Source of the DNA: Paludibacteraceae bacterium
GTDB lineage: Bacteria; Bacteroidota; Bacteroidia; Bacteroidales; Paludibacteraceae
Reading direction: 5' to 3'
DNA length: 64,000 nucleotides
NCBI GenBank assembly: GCA_045613525.1
Contig: JAZLBE010000038.1
Span: 22,975 to 86,974, forward strand
Part shown: positions 8,864 through 18,588 of the stretch, piece after piece
How positions within the stretch are numbered: position 1 is the stretch's first letter
Layout: the number at the start of each line of letters is the position of its first letter
Translations under genes and position numbers: made by a program
Notes under the pieces: model-generated
The model's input: the letters and a program-made list of their open reading frames with translations, nothing else
Databases searched by the model: none
What the model was told of the DNA's origin: nothing

Positions 8864-11803
8864 ATGAGAAGAATAATCTTCCTTGTTATTGCTGTATTTG
8901 CCAATTATGTAGCCATTGCAGCTACTTTATTTCCATCCCGCACCGATTTTCGTGATGAGCAGATTTATTTTGTCATGACTACTCGTTTCTATAATGGAGA
9001 TACTGAGAATGATACCCAATGTTGGGATGCACAGAGCTACAATGTAGGAGACCCTGCATGGCGTGGAGACTTCAAAGGACTCATAGAGAAATTGGATTAT
9101 ATCAAGGCGCTGGGTTTTACAGCTATATGGATTACTCCAGTCGTAGAAAATGCATCTGGCTATGACTATCATGGTTATCATGCACGCAATTTCTCTAAGG
9201 TAGATGAGAGATATGAGTCAGAGGACGTGAAGTTCAAAGACCTAATTGATGCAGTACATGCCAAAGGCATGAAGATCATTCTTGATATCGTACTTAATCA
9301 CACGGGCAACTTTGGAGAAGAGAATCTATGTAAACTTTTTACCCGTGATTGGAGTGCTGACCAGTCAGATATTAATGCATGTATGATCCCTTATACCCAG
9401 AAAGATGGAGGTCCACTGCCCGATAACTATGCAAACTTAGCAGGTGGTGATCAATATGCCAAACGTCTTGCTCAAATGAAAAACACCGATGGGCAAAACC
9501 ATGATACGCATAACTATTGGCATCATTATGGTAATTTCAATTGGGACGACGACACACGTTGGTGGGCACAGATTGCTGGCGACTGCGTGGATCTCAATAC
9601 GGAGAATGCCTATGTGGCCAACTATCTGGTGAAATGTTATGGTGAGTTTATCAAGATGGGTGTGGACGGATTTCGTATAGATACGGGTGGACATATATCC
9701 AGATTAAGTTTTAATAGGAACTTTATTCCTCAATTTACAGAATTAGCTGAGCAATATAAAGCAGCGCGTAATGGGGGAGACTTCTTTATGTTTGCGGAGG
9801 TATGCTCGCGTGATCGCAATGTAACCTATCGAAATCAAGATAGGTTGAGTCCGTATTTCTATACATGGACTGAAAAGAAAAACTACGTATGGGACGAGAG
9901 CGAGACCTCTTGGAATAACGTAGTGGTAATGGAAGGTTCCAAAGGTAGCCATACCAATGTAACGGCAGTGGATCAACATGCTGCTGACTATCGTAATCAA
10001 TACAGTGATGGTCGCACCTCGCAGAATGCTTTGCTTTTGGGCAACGATTACCACACTCCAGATTATAGCCAGTATTCCGGATTGAGTGTTATAGACTTTC
10101 CTATGCATTGGAACTTCCGTTCTGCTTCTGAAGCATGGAGTGTCAAGGGAGGGGACAAGTACTATAATGATGCTACATGGAATGTGGTATATGTAGACTC
10201 ACACGACTATTCACCAGATGGTGCACCAGAGAGTACTCGTTTCAATCAGAGTCAATCGACATGGGCAGAGAACCTCTCGTTGATGTTCACCTTTCGTGGA
10301 ATACCATGCCTATATTATGGCTCTGAAATTGAGTTTAAGAAAGGTTGTGTGATAGACAAAGGTCCTAACATTGCTCTCAAAGAGACAGGACGTGCGTATT
10401 TTGGTGGCTATATCAAAGGCGATATTCATGTGACTGATTTTGCGGAATATAGCAATGCCACAGGCAATATAGCTCAGACCTTGACTCACCCTTTGTCACT
10501 CCATATTCAGCGCCTGGCTAAGATCCGTATGGCAGTTCCTGCTTTGCGTAAGGGCCAATATAGCACCTCAGGATGCAATGGTACGTTTGCTTTTAAACGT
10601 CGTTACACCGACGCTACTACCGACTCATATGTGTTAGTTACTATTTCTGGAGGTGCAACTTTCTCTAATATCCCAAATGGCACTTATGTTGACTGTATTA
10701 CGGGCGAAAGCAAGACAGTGACCAATGGAACCTTATCTGTTTCATGCTCTGGTATGGGTAATATGCGTGTCTATGTATTGAATACAAATCTCACTAAGGC
10801 TCCGGGTAAGATAGGTACTGATGGTAAATATCTCTATGCTTCTTCATCTTTGGCAGGTAGTAATCCTAGTTGGGACGGAACACAGGAGGAACTAGACGAA
10901 CGTTTTGGCGGAAGCAGTAGTGGAAATGGTGAATCTACCGAATGGGGAGATGCCGTAGCGCCTTGTCTAGAAAGTGCTAGCGAACGTGCCGTGTTCTTTC
11001 AAGCGACTCAAGATTTTGGTACGTCAGCTGCGGTATATATGTGGATCAAGGGTACAGATACCAACTTACTAGGTGCGTGGCCTGGTAAACGTGCTACTCA
11101 TCTTGGTGGTGGTACATTCAAGTTTGTTCTTCCTGATAGCATGGCAGGTGATGAAAGTCAATGGATGATCATATGGAACAATAACAATGCTGGAAAGCAG
11201 ACAGCAGACTTGAGCTTTACCATGCGTGGATTATATACCATGACTGGCTATCAAAGCAAGGTGACAACTCTCTGTGAAGGTGGTGATACTGGTGAAGATC
11301 CTAATCCTAAACCAGATCCTGATCCGCAACCTGAGAATAGTACACCATGTCTTGCTTCGGCTGATGAGCAAGTGGTATTCTTTAAGGCTCCTAATGGTTT
11401 TGGTACGTCTGCCTCTGTTTATATGTGGATTAATGGAACTACCACCAATTTGTTGGGTGGTTGGCCAGGTAGTGCTGCAACTCACTTGGGTGACGGCATG
11501 TTTAAGTTTGTGTTACCAACTAATATGCAAGGCGATGAGAGCCAATGGATGATCATATGGAATAATAATGGTGCAGGCCTCCAAACAGCCGATCTGAAAT
11601 TTACGATGCGTGGATTGTATACTACGTCTTCGGATATCAAAGGAACTAGTTGTACGAGTATTGTCACGGACTTGTGTGGAGACGATACTTCGCTAGAACA
11701 ACCTATGGTGACGACTCGAGCACGCAAGCAGCTCATAGGCGGAAGATTATATCTCATAATGGAAGATGGTAGTGTGTATGGCATTTTAGGCGAGAGAAAG
11801 TAA
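8864..11803 (+). CDS. Secreted GH13 alpha-amylase with two tandem C-terminal starch-binding (CBM25/26-like) modules
   Basis: It has a signal peptide and GH13 conserved regions DIVLNHTG, GFRIDTGGH, FMFAEV and YVDSHD. Two modules of about 100 aa repeat the pattern VFF..P..FGTSA.VYMWI.G....LLG.WPG..ATHLG.G.FKFVLP....GDESQWMIIWNN..AG.QTADL.FTMRGLYT. Confidence 0.88.
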   Translation: MRRIIFLVIAVFANYVAIAATLFPSRTDFRDEQIYFVMTTRFYNGDTENDTQCWDAQSYNVGDPAWRGDFKGLIEKLDYIKALGFTAIWITPVVENASGYDYHGYHARNFSKVDERYESEDVKFKDLIDAVHAKGMKIILDIVLNHTGNFGEENLCKLFTRDWSADQSDINACMIPYTQKDGGPLPDNYANLAGGDQYAKRLAQMKNTDGQNHDTHNYWHHYGNFNWDDDTRWWAQIAGDCVDLNTENAYVANYLVKCYGEFIKMGVDGFRIDTGGHISRLSFNRNFIPQFTELAEQYKAARNGGDFFMFAEVCSRDRNVTYRNQDRLSPYFYTWTEKKNYVWDESETSWNNVVVMEGSKGSHTNVTAVDQHAADYRNQYSDGRTSQNALLLGNDYHTPDYSQYSGLSVIDFPMHWNFRSASEAWSVKGGDKYYNDATWNVVYVDSHDYSPDGAPESTRFNQSQSTWAENLSLMFTFRGIPCLYYGSEIEFKKGCVIDKGPNIALKETGRAYFGGYIKGDIHVTDFAEYSNATGNIAQTLTHPLSLHIQRLAKIRMAVPALRKGQYSTSGCNGTFAFKRRYTDATTDSYVLVTISGGATFSNIPNGTYVDCITGESKTVTNGTLSVSCSGMGNMRVYVLNTNLTKAPGKIGTDGKYLYASSSLAGSNPSWDGTQEELDERFGGSSSGNGESTEWGDAVAPCLESASERAVFFQATQDFGTSAAVYMWIKGTDTNLLGAWPGKRATHLGGGTFKFVLPDSMAGDESQWMIIWNNNNAGKQTADLSFTMRGLYTMTGYQSKVTTLCEGGDTGEDPNPKPDPDPQPENSTPCLASADEQVVFFKAPNGFGTSASVYMWINGTTTNLLGGWPGSAATHLGDGMFKFVLPTNMQGDESQWMIIWNNNGAGLQTADLKFTMRGLYTTSSDIKGTSCTSIVTDLCGDDTSLEQPMVTTRARKQLIGGRLYLIMEDGSVYGILGERK

Positions 11804-11820
11804 ACTTGTACAGATTAATA

Positions 11821-11851
11821 AATAAAGAGTCGCAAATTGCGACTCTTTATT
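11821..11851. terminator. Bidirectional intrinsic terminator between convergent genes
   Basis: This is a near-perfect 31-nt palindrome, AATAAAGAGTCGCAA A TTGCGACTCTTTATT, with A/T runs on both sides. Confidence 0.75.
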
Positions 11852-11878
11852 TATTAGGTATATATTCAGTGTGTGAAG

Positions 11879-12835
11879 TTACTCTTCGTATACAAAACGT
11901 AAGTTGTCAACCCATAGCGTGTTACCCTCACAAGCTCGGAATACACCTGCATTGCTTGATGAGATGTATAATACCATATGTGTTGGCTCATCCAAACTCC
12001 ATCCTACTTCTTCTACGCGAACCATGGTTCCCTTAGAGTTACGTGCCATCATATCTACTCGATTGAGGCCTTCGTGTTCTTGATAATCATCGGACGTGGT
12101 GATGTTGCCCCATCTAATAGGAATTTGATGATTGTTGATCCACTCTGGTATCGTTTCGCATATTCGTTCGTATGCCGTAGCGACACGACGAGCATAAATA
12201 TTACCAGTATTCTTATCTTCCCAACGATGTTGTAAATATACATATATTACAGCACAATCGTGTTCGGCAATTTTTTCAATTTTGTTATTAGCCGTAGAGA
12301 TAATACTATCTGTAGCTGAAATATCAGCTCTATAATCGAGCATGAGTGCAATGGGGTGCTGTGTGAATGGAATGCCAAAGTCGGTGGCGGTGTATGGCTT
12401 GGTTTTGGCAATGATACCTAATGGTTCCAACGCATGTCCCGTATAGATAGTACCAGATACCATAGCGTAGATGTTGCATAAAGATATATGTGTAAGCACA
12501 TTACGCAAACGGCAACAATATCCCTTGCCTCGTTGCTCAGGATAGACCGATCCTTCCGTGGCAGTCTCTATACCAAGAAACTTGGCATAGGTATCACTAG
12601 AACCCCAAGGGTTATTTTCCTTCGCTACATAGGCAGTGTTCTTACCCTTGATAGTATCTGTCTCTCCTAATGTGTAGAGTGTCTTAGTGCCACCACCGAG
12701 CATTTTAGACTCTTTGATATAACGCACTATCCATTGGTTCATGTCACCATATGGAATAGATTCCACTCTTTGCTCACCATAGGATAAGCAATAACCCATA
12801 GACAAAAGAGAAAAGAGTATTAGCAATTTTTTCAT
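11879..12835 (-). CDS. PCMD (putative carbohydrate metabolism) domain-like exported protein
   Basis: It has an N-terminal signal peptide. The overall sequence pattern resembles Bacteroidales PCMD-domain proteins as I recall them. The family call is tentative. Confidence 0.5.
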   Translation of the reverse strand: MKKLLILFSLLSMGYCLSYGEQRVESIPYGDMNQWIVRYIKESKMLGGGTKTLYTLGETDTIKGKNTAYVAKENNPWGSSDTYAKFLGIETATEGSVYPEQRGKGYCCRLRNVLTHISLCNIYAMVSGTIYTGHALEPLGIIAKTKPYTATDFGIPFTQHPIALMLDYRADISATDSIISTANNKIEKIAEHDCAVIYVYLQHRWEDKNTGNIYARRVATAYERICETIPEWINNHQIPIRWGNITTSDDYQEHEGLNRVDMMARNSKGTMVRVEEVGWSLDEPTHMVLYISSSNAGVFRACEGNTLWVDNLRFVYEE

Positions 12836-13539
12836 AGCAAACTGAATGCTACATCCATCATGTGGGTGAAACTATTTTGTCGTTCTTCTGAAGTGGTTGA
12901 TTCGCCTGTTAGGATGTGGTCTGATACCGTACAGATAACAAGCGCTTTGTTGCCAGAGCGTGCTGCATTCATATAGAGTGCAGGTGCTTCCATCTCTACG
13001 GCTAGTACACCCATATTCATCCATTTATCATTGTGGGCATTCTCGGTATAGAATGTGTCAGATGAGAATACATTGCCTACTTTGTAGTTATAGCCAAATT
13101 GTTCTGCAGCTTCTGCAGCACGACGGCAGAGATCAAAGTCTGCTATAGGTGCGTAGGTACCAGGTAATTCGTATTGCATCGCATAGTTACTATTGGTACA
13201 AGCTCCCATTGCGATGACCAAATCTCCTACGTGGAGGTCATGGTTGATACTACCGCAACTTCCTACGCGTATGATATTCTTTACGCCATAGAAATTATAT
13301 AACTCGTAGGTGTAAATACCAATCGAAGGAATACCCATGCCATGTCCCATCACACTGACAGGTTTGCCGTTGTGGGTGCCTGTAAAACCGAGCATGCCGC
13401 GTACGTTATTAAATTGCACTGGATTGTCCAGATATTTCTCTGCCATCATTTTTGCGCGCAATGGATCACCTGCCATGATGACAGTTTCGGCGATTTCGCC
13501 AAACTTAGCCCCAATGTGGGGAGTAGGTGTTGTGTTCAT
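12832..13539 (-). CDS. deoD: Purine nucleoside phosphorylase, DeoD type
   Basis: Motifs GHGMGIPS, VGSCG and VEMEAPALY are present, and the roughly 235-aa length fits hexameric PNP. It overlaps the downstream gene by 4 nt. Confidence 0.93.
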   Translation of the reverse strand: MNTTPTPHIGAKFGEIAETVIMAGDPLRAKMMAEKYLDNPVQFNNVRGMLGFTGTHNGKPVSVMGHGMGIPSIGIYTYELYNFYGVKNIIRVGSCGSINHDLHVGDLVIAMGACTNSNYAMQYELPGTYAPIADFDLCRRAAEAAEQFGYNYKVGNVFSSDTFYTENAHNDKWMNMGVLAVEMEAPALYMNAARSGNKALVICTVSDHILTGESTTSEERQNSFTHMMDVAFSLL

Positions 13540-13551
13540 AGTTGTATTATT

Positions 13552-14739
13552 TTAGAGTTTCTTATTAATTCGTTTGATGGTTGTGGGTAATAGAATAGTA
13601 ATGAGTATCGTCAATCCTATAAGCATTGGGTAAAATAAGTATGGCAAGATATTGAGTGCTGATACACCTGCAATTCCACTGGCCATTAGCATTTGTGCAC
13701 CATATGGAATCAGTCCTTGTACTGTACATGAGGTGGTGTCCAGCAAAGACGCAGTGCGTCGTGGATCAATATCAAAGCGCTTAGCGATATTCTTAGCGAT
13801 ATCTCCAACACTTAGAATAGCGACGGTGTTATTAGCTGTTATGATATTAGCGATAGCTGTCGTAGCACAAATGCTGAGTTCTGCTCCCTTACGTGTGCGA
13901 ACGTTATTGGTGATGAATTGCACAATGCGATTCATGACTCCTTGGTGAGTGATAAGGGCAAATATTCCGCCCGCCATCATGGATATTAGAATTAGTTCGC
14001 CCATGCCCATGACACCGGTGGTGATACTCTTGGTCCATTCTAGGAAGGTATAACTGCCATCGCTGATGCCTACAATACCCGTTAGGAGGATACCCATTAG
14101 CAAAACTATCATCACATTCATACCATATGTAGCAAGTACAAGTACTGCTGCATAAGGAATAATCTTCCACCACATTACTTGGCCTGATATAACTTCATTG
14201 GTGGATGAACCCATGAACAAGTAGATGAGCATGACTGCAAGAGCAGCTGGAAGTACCATAATGAAATTAAAGCGAAACTTGTCGCTAGGTTTACATCCTT
14301 GTGATTGGGTCGCAACAATGGTGGTGTCAGATATAAAACTAAGATTATCACCAAAGAAAGCTCCACTAACTATACTAGCTGCCATGAGTGCTACTGACAT
14401 ATCCGTTTTGTCGGCTAGTGCAGCAGCAATAGGCATGAGTGCAACTATAGTTCCGACACTAGTTCCCATGCATAGCGATACAATACATGCAGAAATGAAT
14501 AGACCTGCTAATAGAAATTGTGTAGGCAGTATCTCCAATGTGAGATTGACAGTAGCTTCTACAGCGCCCATTGCTTTGGCAGACGATGCAAAAGCACCTG
14601 CGAGGATGAAAATCCAAACCATTAGCAACATGTTCTTGTGCCCAGCTCCTCGTGAAAACTCGGTGATACGCTCTGTTAAAGTTAATCCTTTTGTCAAAAG
14701 GATAGCTATAATAGATATTGCAATAAAAATAATTAACAT
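13552..14739 (-). CDS. Na+/H+ antiporter NhaC-family membrane protein
   Basis: This is a roughly 395-aa polytopic membrane protein whose sequence resembles the NhaC family. The call is at family level only. Confidence 0.72.
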   Translation of the reverse strand: MLIIFIAISIIAILLTKGLTLTERITEFSRGAGHKNMLLMVWIFILAGAFASSAKAMGAVEATVNLTLEILPTQFLLAGLFISACIVSLCMGTSVGTIVALMPIAAALADKTDMSVALMAASIVSGAFFGDNLSFISDTTIVATQSQGCKPSDKFRFNFIMVLPAALAVMLIYLFMGSSTNEVISGQVMWWKIIPYAAVLVLATYGMNVMIVLLMGILLTGIVGISDGSYTFLEWTKSITTGVMGMGELILISMMAGGIFALITHQGVMNRIVQFITNNVRTRKGAELSICATTAIANIITANNTVAILSVGDIAKNIAKRFDIDPRRTASLLDTTSCTVQGLIPYGAQMLMASGIAGVSALNILPYLFYPMLIGLTILITILLPTTIKRINKKL

Positions 14740-14763
14740 ACTCTCAACTTATAACGTATTGAA

Positions 14764-16662
14764 TTATAGCGCAGCAATATTCTTCTTGTTAAATAATTCT
14801 TTTCCCTCTGGTGTGTAGGCGTATTCGATACGATCGGCATAGTATTCCTCTACCTTGCCGCGAACGATCTTCATAGTTGAGTTAACCATATGATTTTGTT
14901 CTGTAAATGCCTCTGGCAACACAGCAATAGCTTTTGGAAGCCATATTTCTGGGAACATACCTGCAAACCTACCAACCTTATATTCGTTTACCTCGTCCTG
15001 AATCTTCTGTAACATAGCCTTTTTTCCTACCTCGGTGGTAGGGTCTACGCCTCGTGTCTTAACATACTCTTTGAGCGCATCTTTATTAGGGACAATCAAT
15101 ACAATGGTGTATGGATCTTGATTGTTGTGTAGGATTACTTGCTCTATGTATTTGCTTCCATCCGTGAGGCTATCCTCATAACCTTCTGGACTATATTTTT
15201 CGCCATCTGCACTAATCAATAAGGATTTGAAACGACCTACTACCCATAGGTAGCCAGGATGTTTGTCTGTCACATAGCCCATATCACCTGTATGTAACCA
15301 GCCATCAACCACTGTCTTTGTAGTCGATTCGGGATTCTTCCAGTAACCTGCCATGACGTTTTCACCTTTGATGACAATCTCACCTTTTTCTCCATGTGGA
15401 AGTTCATAGCCTTCGCTATCGCAAATTTTCAGTTCCATAGGACTAACGATGCGTCCGCTAGAACCAAAAACAGCATTACCCATTGAGTTAGCGCAAATGA
15501 TAGGAGTAGCCTCGCTAAGTCCATATCCTTGGAACATAGGCATGCCCACAGCGCAGAAGTAACGTTGCAACTCTATATCAAGCAGTGCGCCACCACCTAC
15601 AAAGAAACGCATACGACCGCCAAAACCTTCGCGTACAGCTTTGAAAATAATGCGGTCAAAAAGCTGGACAAGTGGCCAACGCCATGCTTGTAGTCCACCA
15701 CGATTCCAATATTCCTTGTAATACTTGATGGCATTGTTGAGCGCAAAATTATATAATTTTTCTATCAAAGGTCCTTTTGCTTTAATGCTGGTTTCAATGC
15801 TCTTTCGGAAGTTGCGTGCAAGTGCAGGAACTGAGAGCATAAGCATAGGTTTGACCTCTTTGATTGCAACTGGGATGTTCTTTAACGTTGCTACTGCTGT
15901 TTTACCAACTGGTACTGTAGCAATGCTACCACCATAGGACATCATGGTATAGAAACCTGCAACGTGAGCAAAACAATGGTCTAATGGCAATATGATGAGC
16001 ATGACATCATGCTTCTTACATTGAATAACACTACTACCTTGCTCCACGTTAGCTGTATAGTTGCGGTGTGTTAGCAATATACCCTTAGGATCCGCAGTTG
16101 TTCCCGATGTATAACTGATATTAGCATAATCATCAGGACCAATAGATTGATAGAGCGCTTTGAAATCCTCTGAGTGTTCTTGTAAATATGCTTCACCCAT
16201 GGCGATTACTTCGCTAATAGGTATCTCATTATCCATGTATTGATCTATTGGATCTAATACGATAACCTTCTCTACCTTGGGGCATTGTGATATGATGTTG
16301 CGAATCTTTGCAATTTGTTGCTCGCTGACAATGATATAGCGTGATTCAGAGTGCTGAATACGAAATAACAAATCGGTTGACTCGGTTAGTTTGATACTCA
16401 ATGGTACATTGACTCCTCCAGCATATAGAATACCCAACTCACTTGTAATCCACAGATTACGTCCTTGAGAGAGTAGGGAGACTTTGTCTCCTTTTTTTAG
16501 CCCTAGCTTATGAAGACCTGCGCCAATTTTATAGGCTTCTTGGCGTGTCTCACGAAAAGTCGTTTCGGTCCATACACCCTCTACTTTTTCGCGTAGGAAT
16601 GTAAGCTCGCTATATTCGTGTGTATATTTTTCGACAAAGTCGATGATGGTCATTCTTTTCAT
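14764..16662 (-). CDS. Long-chain fatty acid-CoA ligase (AMP-dependent synthetase)
   Basis: AMP-binding signature YTSGTTADPKG is present, together with GYGLSE and TGDMGY motifs. Confidence 0.88.
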   Translation of the reverse strand: MKRMTIIDFVEKYTHEYSELTFLREKVEGVWTETTFRETRQEAYKIGAGLHKLGLKKGDKVSLLSQGRNLWITSELGILYAGGVNVPLSIKLTESTDLLFRIQHSESRYIIVSEQQIAKIRNIISQCPKVEKVIVLDPIDQYMDNEIPISEVIAMGEAYLQEHSEDFKALYQSIGPDDYANISYTSGTTADPKGILLTHRNYTANVEQGSSVIQCKKHDVMLIILPLDHCFAHVAGFYTMMSYGGSIATVPVGKTAVATLKNIPVAIKEVKPMLMLSVPALARNFRKSIETSIKAKGPLIEKLYNFALNNAIKYYKEYWNRGGLQAWRWPLVQLFDRIIFKAVREGFGGRMRFFVGGGALLDIELQRYFCAVGMPMFQGYGLSEATPIICANSMGNAVFGSSGRIVSPMELKICDSEGYELPHGEKGEIVIKGENVMAGYWKNPESTTKTVVDGWLHTGDMGYVTDKHPGYLWVVGRFKSLLISADGEKYSPEGYEDSLTDGSKYIEQVILHNNQDPYTIVLIVPNKDALKEYVKTRGVDPTTEVGKKAMLQKIQDEVNEYKVGRFAGMFPEIWLPKAIAVLPEAFTEQNHMVNSTMKIVRGKVEEYYADRIEYAYTPEGKELFNKKNIAAL

Positions 16663-16674
16663 AGAGAATATGGT

Positions 16675-17535
16675 TTAAACAATTTGTTGAATTAACTCAT
16701 CTTTTGAACCAGGTAGTAGGTCAATTGGAGCTACCTCTATCATAGTATATGCTCCATAGCGCCCAACTTGTTGCATGCGTATTGCAGCTCTTGCACATGA
16801 CACCATGATTTGTGCTGTTAAGGCAGGGTTGTTGATGGTCATGTTGAATTCAAATCGCTGATTGTGGGTACAGCCTGATACACCATTGCGTACAAGATTA
16901 ACGCCATGAGCTACGTTATTGAGTGCCTCAACATTATCTACGACTATCATATGAGTTTCGTCGTGAGCAAAATAGTCATCAGCGAGTAGTTCTTTCTCCA
17001 CTATTGCTGCATCGGCCCCTTCTTCTAGTTCAACATATACTATTCTGCGATGTACACCAGTTCCCAATGGAATAGTCATCGATAGCGCCTCTTTGACCCC
17101 ATCAATAGCTTTGGCAGCAACAGAATGTCCCATTGAACGACCTGGTCCAAAATTAGTGTATGTGATACCTTGTGGTGCCATAGCCAATAGTAATGCACGA
17201 ATGACAGAATCTGAGCCTGGATCCCATCCTGCTGCTACAATGCTTACAGCCTGATGTTCCTGAGCTACATGATTGAGCGATTTGCGCAGATTAGTAATCT
17301 GATTGTGGATATCAAATGAATCTACTGTGCAGATACCCTTCGATAAGAGTTGAACAGCAAACTTTTCAATTTCTCTAGTTGGTGTACACAGTAGTACTGC
17401 ATCCGCTTGGATAGCTTCAAGCGAATCGTTGTGGTGATATATACCAGCTAGTTCCATGTCTGGAGCAGCTTTGATGGCCTGCTCAACAGCACGACCAGTA
17501 TTACCATAACCTATTAATGCAATGCGAAATGCCAT
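16675..17535 (-). CDS. ddh: meso-Diaminopimelate D-dehydrogenase
   Basis: A Rossmann motif (IALIGYGNTGRA) sits at the N-terminus, and the size of about 286 aa fits. I place the start at the internal Met (MAFRIAL...) because the longer ORF runs into the promoter box. Confidence 0.8.
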   Translation of the reverse strand: MAFRIALIGYGNTGRAVEQAIKAAPDMELAGIYHHNDSLEAIQADAVLLCTPTREIEKFAVQLLSKGICTVDSFDIHNQITNLRKSLNHVAQEHQAVSIVAAGWDPGSDSVIRALLLAMAPQGITYTNFGPGRSMGHSVAAKAIDGVKEALSMTIPLGTGVHRRIVYVELEEGADAAIVEKELLADDYFAHDETHMIVVDNVEALNNVAHGVNLVRNGVSGCTHNQRFEFNMTINNPALTAQIMVSCARAAIRMQQVGRYGAYTMIEVAPIDLLPGSKDELIQQIV

Positions 17536-17574
17536 ATTACTTTGATTTGGGCGATACTTATTCAAATTACGCTG

Positions 17575-17582
17575 CAAAGATA
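17575..17582 (-). promoter_or_regulatory. Bacteroidetes -7 promoter box (TATCTTTG) for ddh
   Basis: It matches TAnnTTTG on the minus strand, 40 nt upstream of the ddh ATG. Confidence 0.55.
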
Positions 17583-17664
17583 TAAAAAATAATGCGAATA
17601 TGCAAGTAAATAAAAGTAATATTACTTTTTTATGTTTTTTTTTGGTGGTTTCGCAAAAAAGCAG

Positions 17665-17672
17665 TATCTTTG
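17665..17672 (+). promoter_or_regulatory. Bacteroidetes -7 promoter box (TATCTTTG) for tRNA-Gln
   Basis: It matches TAnnTTTG, 32 nt upstream of the tRNA 5' end. Confidence 0.55.
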
Positions 17673-17703
17673 CAGTCGGTTTTATGTGATCCTCCTATAT
17701 TAC

Positions 17704-17774
17704 TGCCAAATGGTGTAATGGTAGCACTACAGATTCTGGTTCTGTCTGTCTGGGTTCGAGTCCTAGTTTGGCAA
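17704..17774 (+). tRNA. tRNA-Gln (anticodon CUG)
   Basis: A hand-folded cloverleaf fits: 7-bp acceptor stem TGCCAAA/TTTGGCA, D arm GTGT-AATGGTA-GCAC, anticodon arm ACAGA-TTCTGGT-TCTGT and T arm CTGGG-TTCGAGT-CCTAG. The length is 71 nt and no CCA is encoded. Confidence 0.9.
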
Positions 17775-17812
17775 CAAAAAAGCGAATTCCTATTAGGGAG
17801 TTCGCTTTTTTA
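17775..17812. terminator. Bidirectional intrinsic terminator (tRNA-Gln / fabG)
   Basis: A 10-bp stem (AGCGAATTCC / GGGAGTTCGCT) is flanked by an A6 run upstream and a T6 run downstream. Confidence 0.75.
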
Positions 17813-17835
17813 TTACAGATTAACTTAATTATTTA

Positions 17836-18576
17836 TCACATTCCACCGTCTACTTGTATTACTTCGCCTGAGATATAGGATGCCATATCAGATGCAAGAA
17901 ATAGTGCCACTTGTGCTACCTCTTGTGCTTGACCACAACGTCGCAGTGGGATGCTTTGTATTAGGTTTTCTCGTGTGGCTTGTGGTAGTGCTTGTGTCAT
18001 ATCGGTGTCTATAAATCCAGGAGCAATAGCATTCGCGCGTACGTTGCGTGCGCCTACTTCTTTGGCTAGTGATTTAATGAAACTGATAATGCCAGCTTTT
18101 GAGGCAGCATAATTGACTTGTCCTGCATTTCCTTCAACACCAACTATGGATGACATAGCAATAATATTACCGCTACGTTGTCGCATCATATGTGGTGTAA
18201 CGGCATGACAATAGTTAAAGACTGACTTAAGATTGGTGTTGATCACTTCATCCCATTGTTGCTCGCTCATACGCATGAGCAGTGTGTCGCGTGTAATACC
18301 TGCATTGCATACTAGTATGTCAATCTTTCCATATGTATCAACCAATTGTTGCACTTCTAGATGAGCGGTGTCATAATCGGCTGCATTGCTTTGAATACAA
18401 ATAGCTTGCACTCCAGAAGCAAGGATTTGTTTTTGCAGAAGATGGGCTTCCTCTTCGGAATGTTGATAGGTAAATGCTATATTACATCCATGTTGGGCAA
18501 ACAATAGTGCAATGGCACGACCAATGCCGCGTGATCCTCCTACGATAAGCGCTGTTTTTCCGTGTAAATCAATCAT
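17836..18576 (-). CDS. fabG: 3-oxoacyl-[ACP] reductase (SDR family)
   Basis: It has the cofactor motif GGSRGIGRA, NAG, and the catalytic S...YAASKAG. Confidence 0.85.
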   Translation of the reverse strand: MIDLHGKTALIVGGSRGIGRAIALLFAQHGCNIAFTYQHSEEEAHLLQKQILASGVQAICIQSNAADYDTAHLEVQQLVDTYGKIDILVCNAGITRDTLLMRMSEQQWDEVINTNLKSVFNYCHAVTPHMMRQRSGNIIAMSSIVGVEGNAGQVNYAASKAGIISFIKSLAKEVGARNVRANAIAPGFIDTDMTQALPQATRENLIQSIPLRRCGQAQEVAQVALFLASDMASYISGEVIQVDGGM

Positions 18577-18588
18577 CTCTTAACGAAA

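Noticed and set aside
14225-14818. A 197-aa plus-strand ORF.
   Set aside because: It lies antisense to the NhaC-family transporter gene and extends across the intergenic spacer. It has no motif, and the transporter frame is far longer and more coherent.
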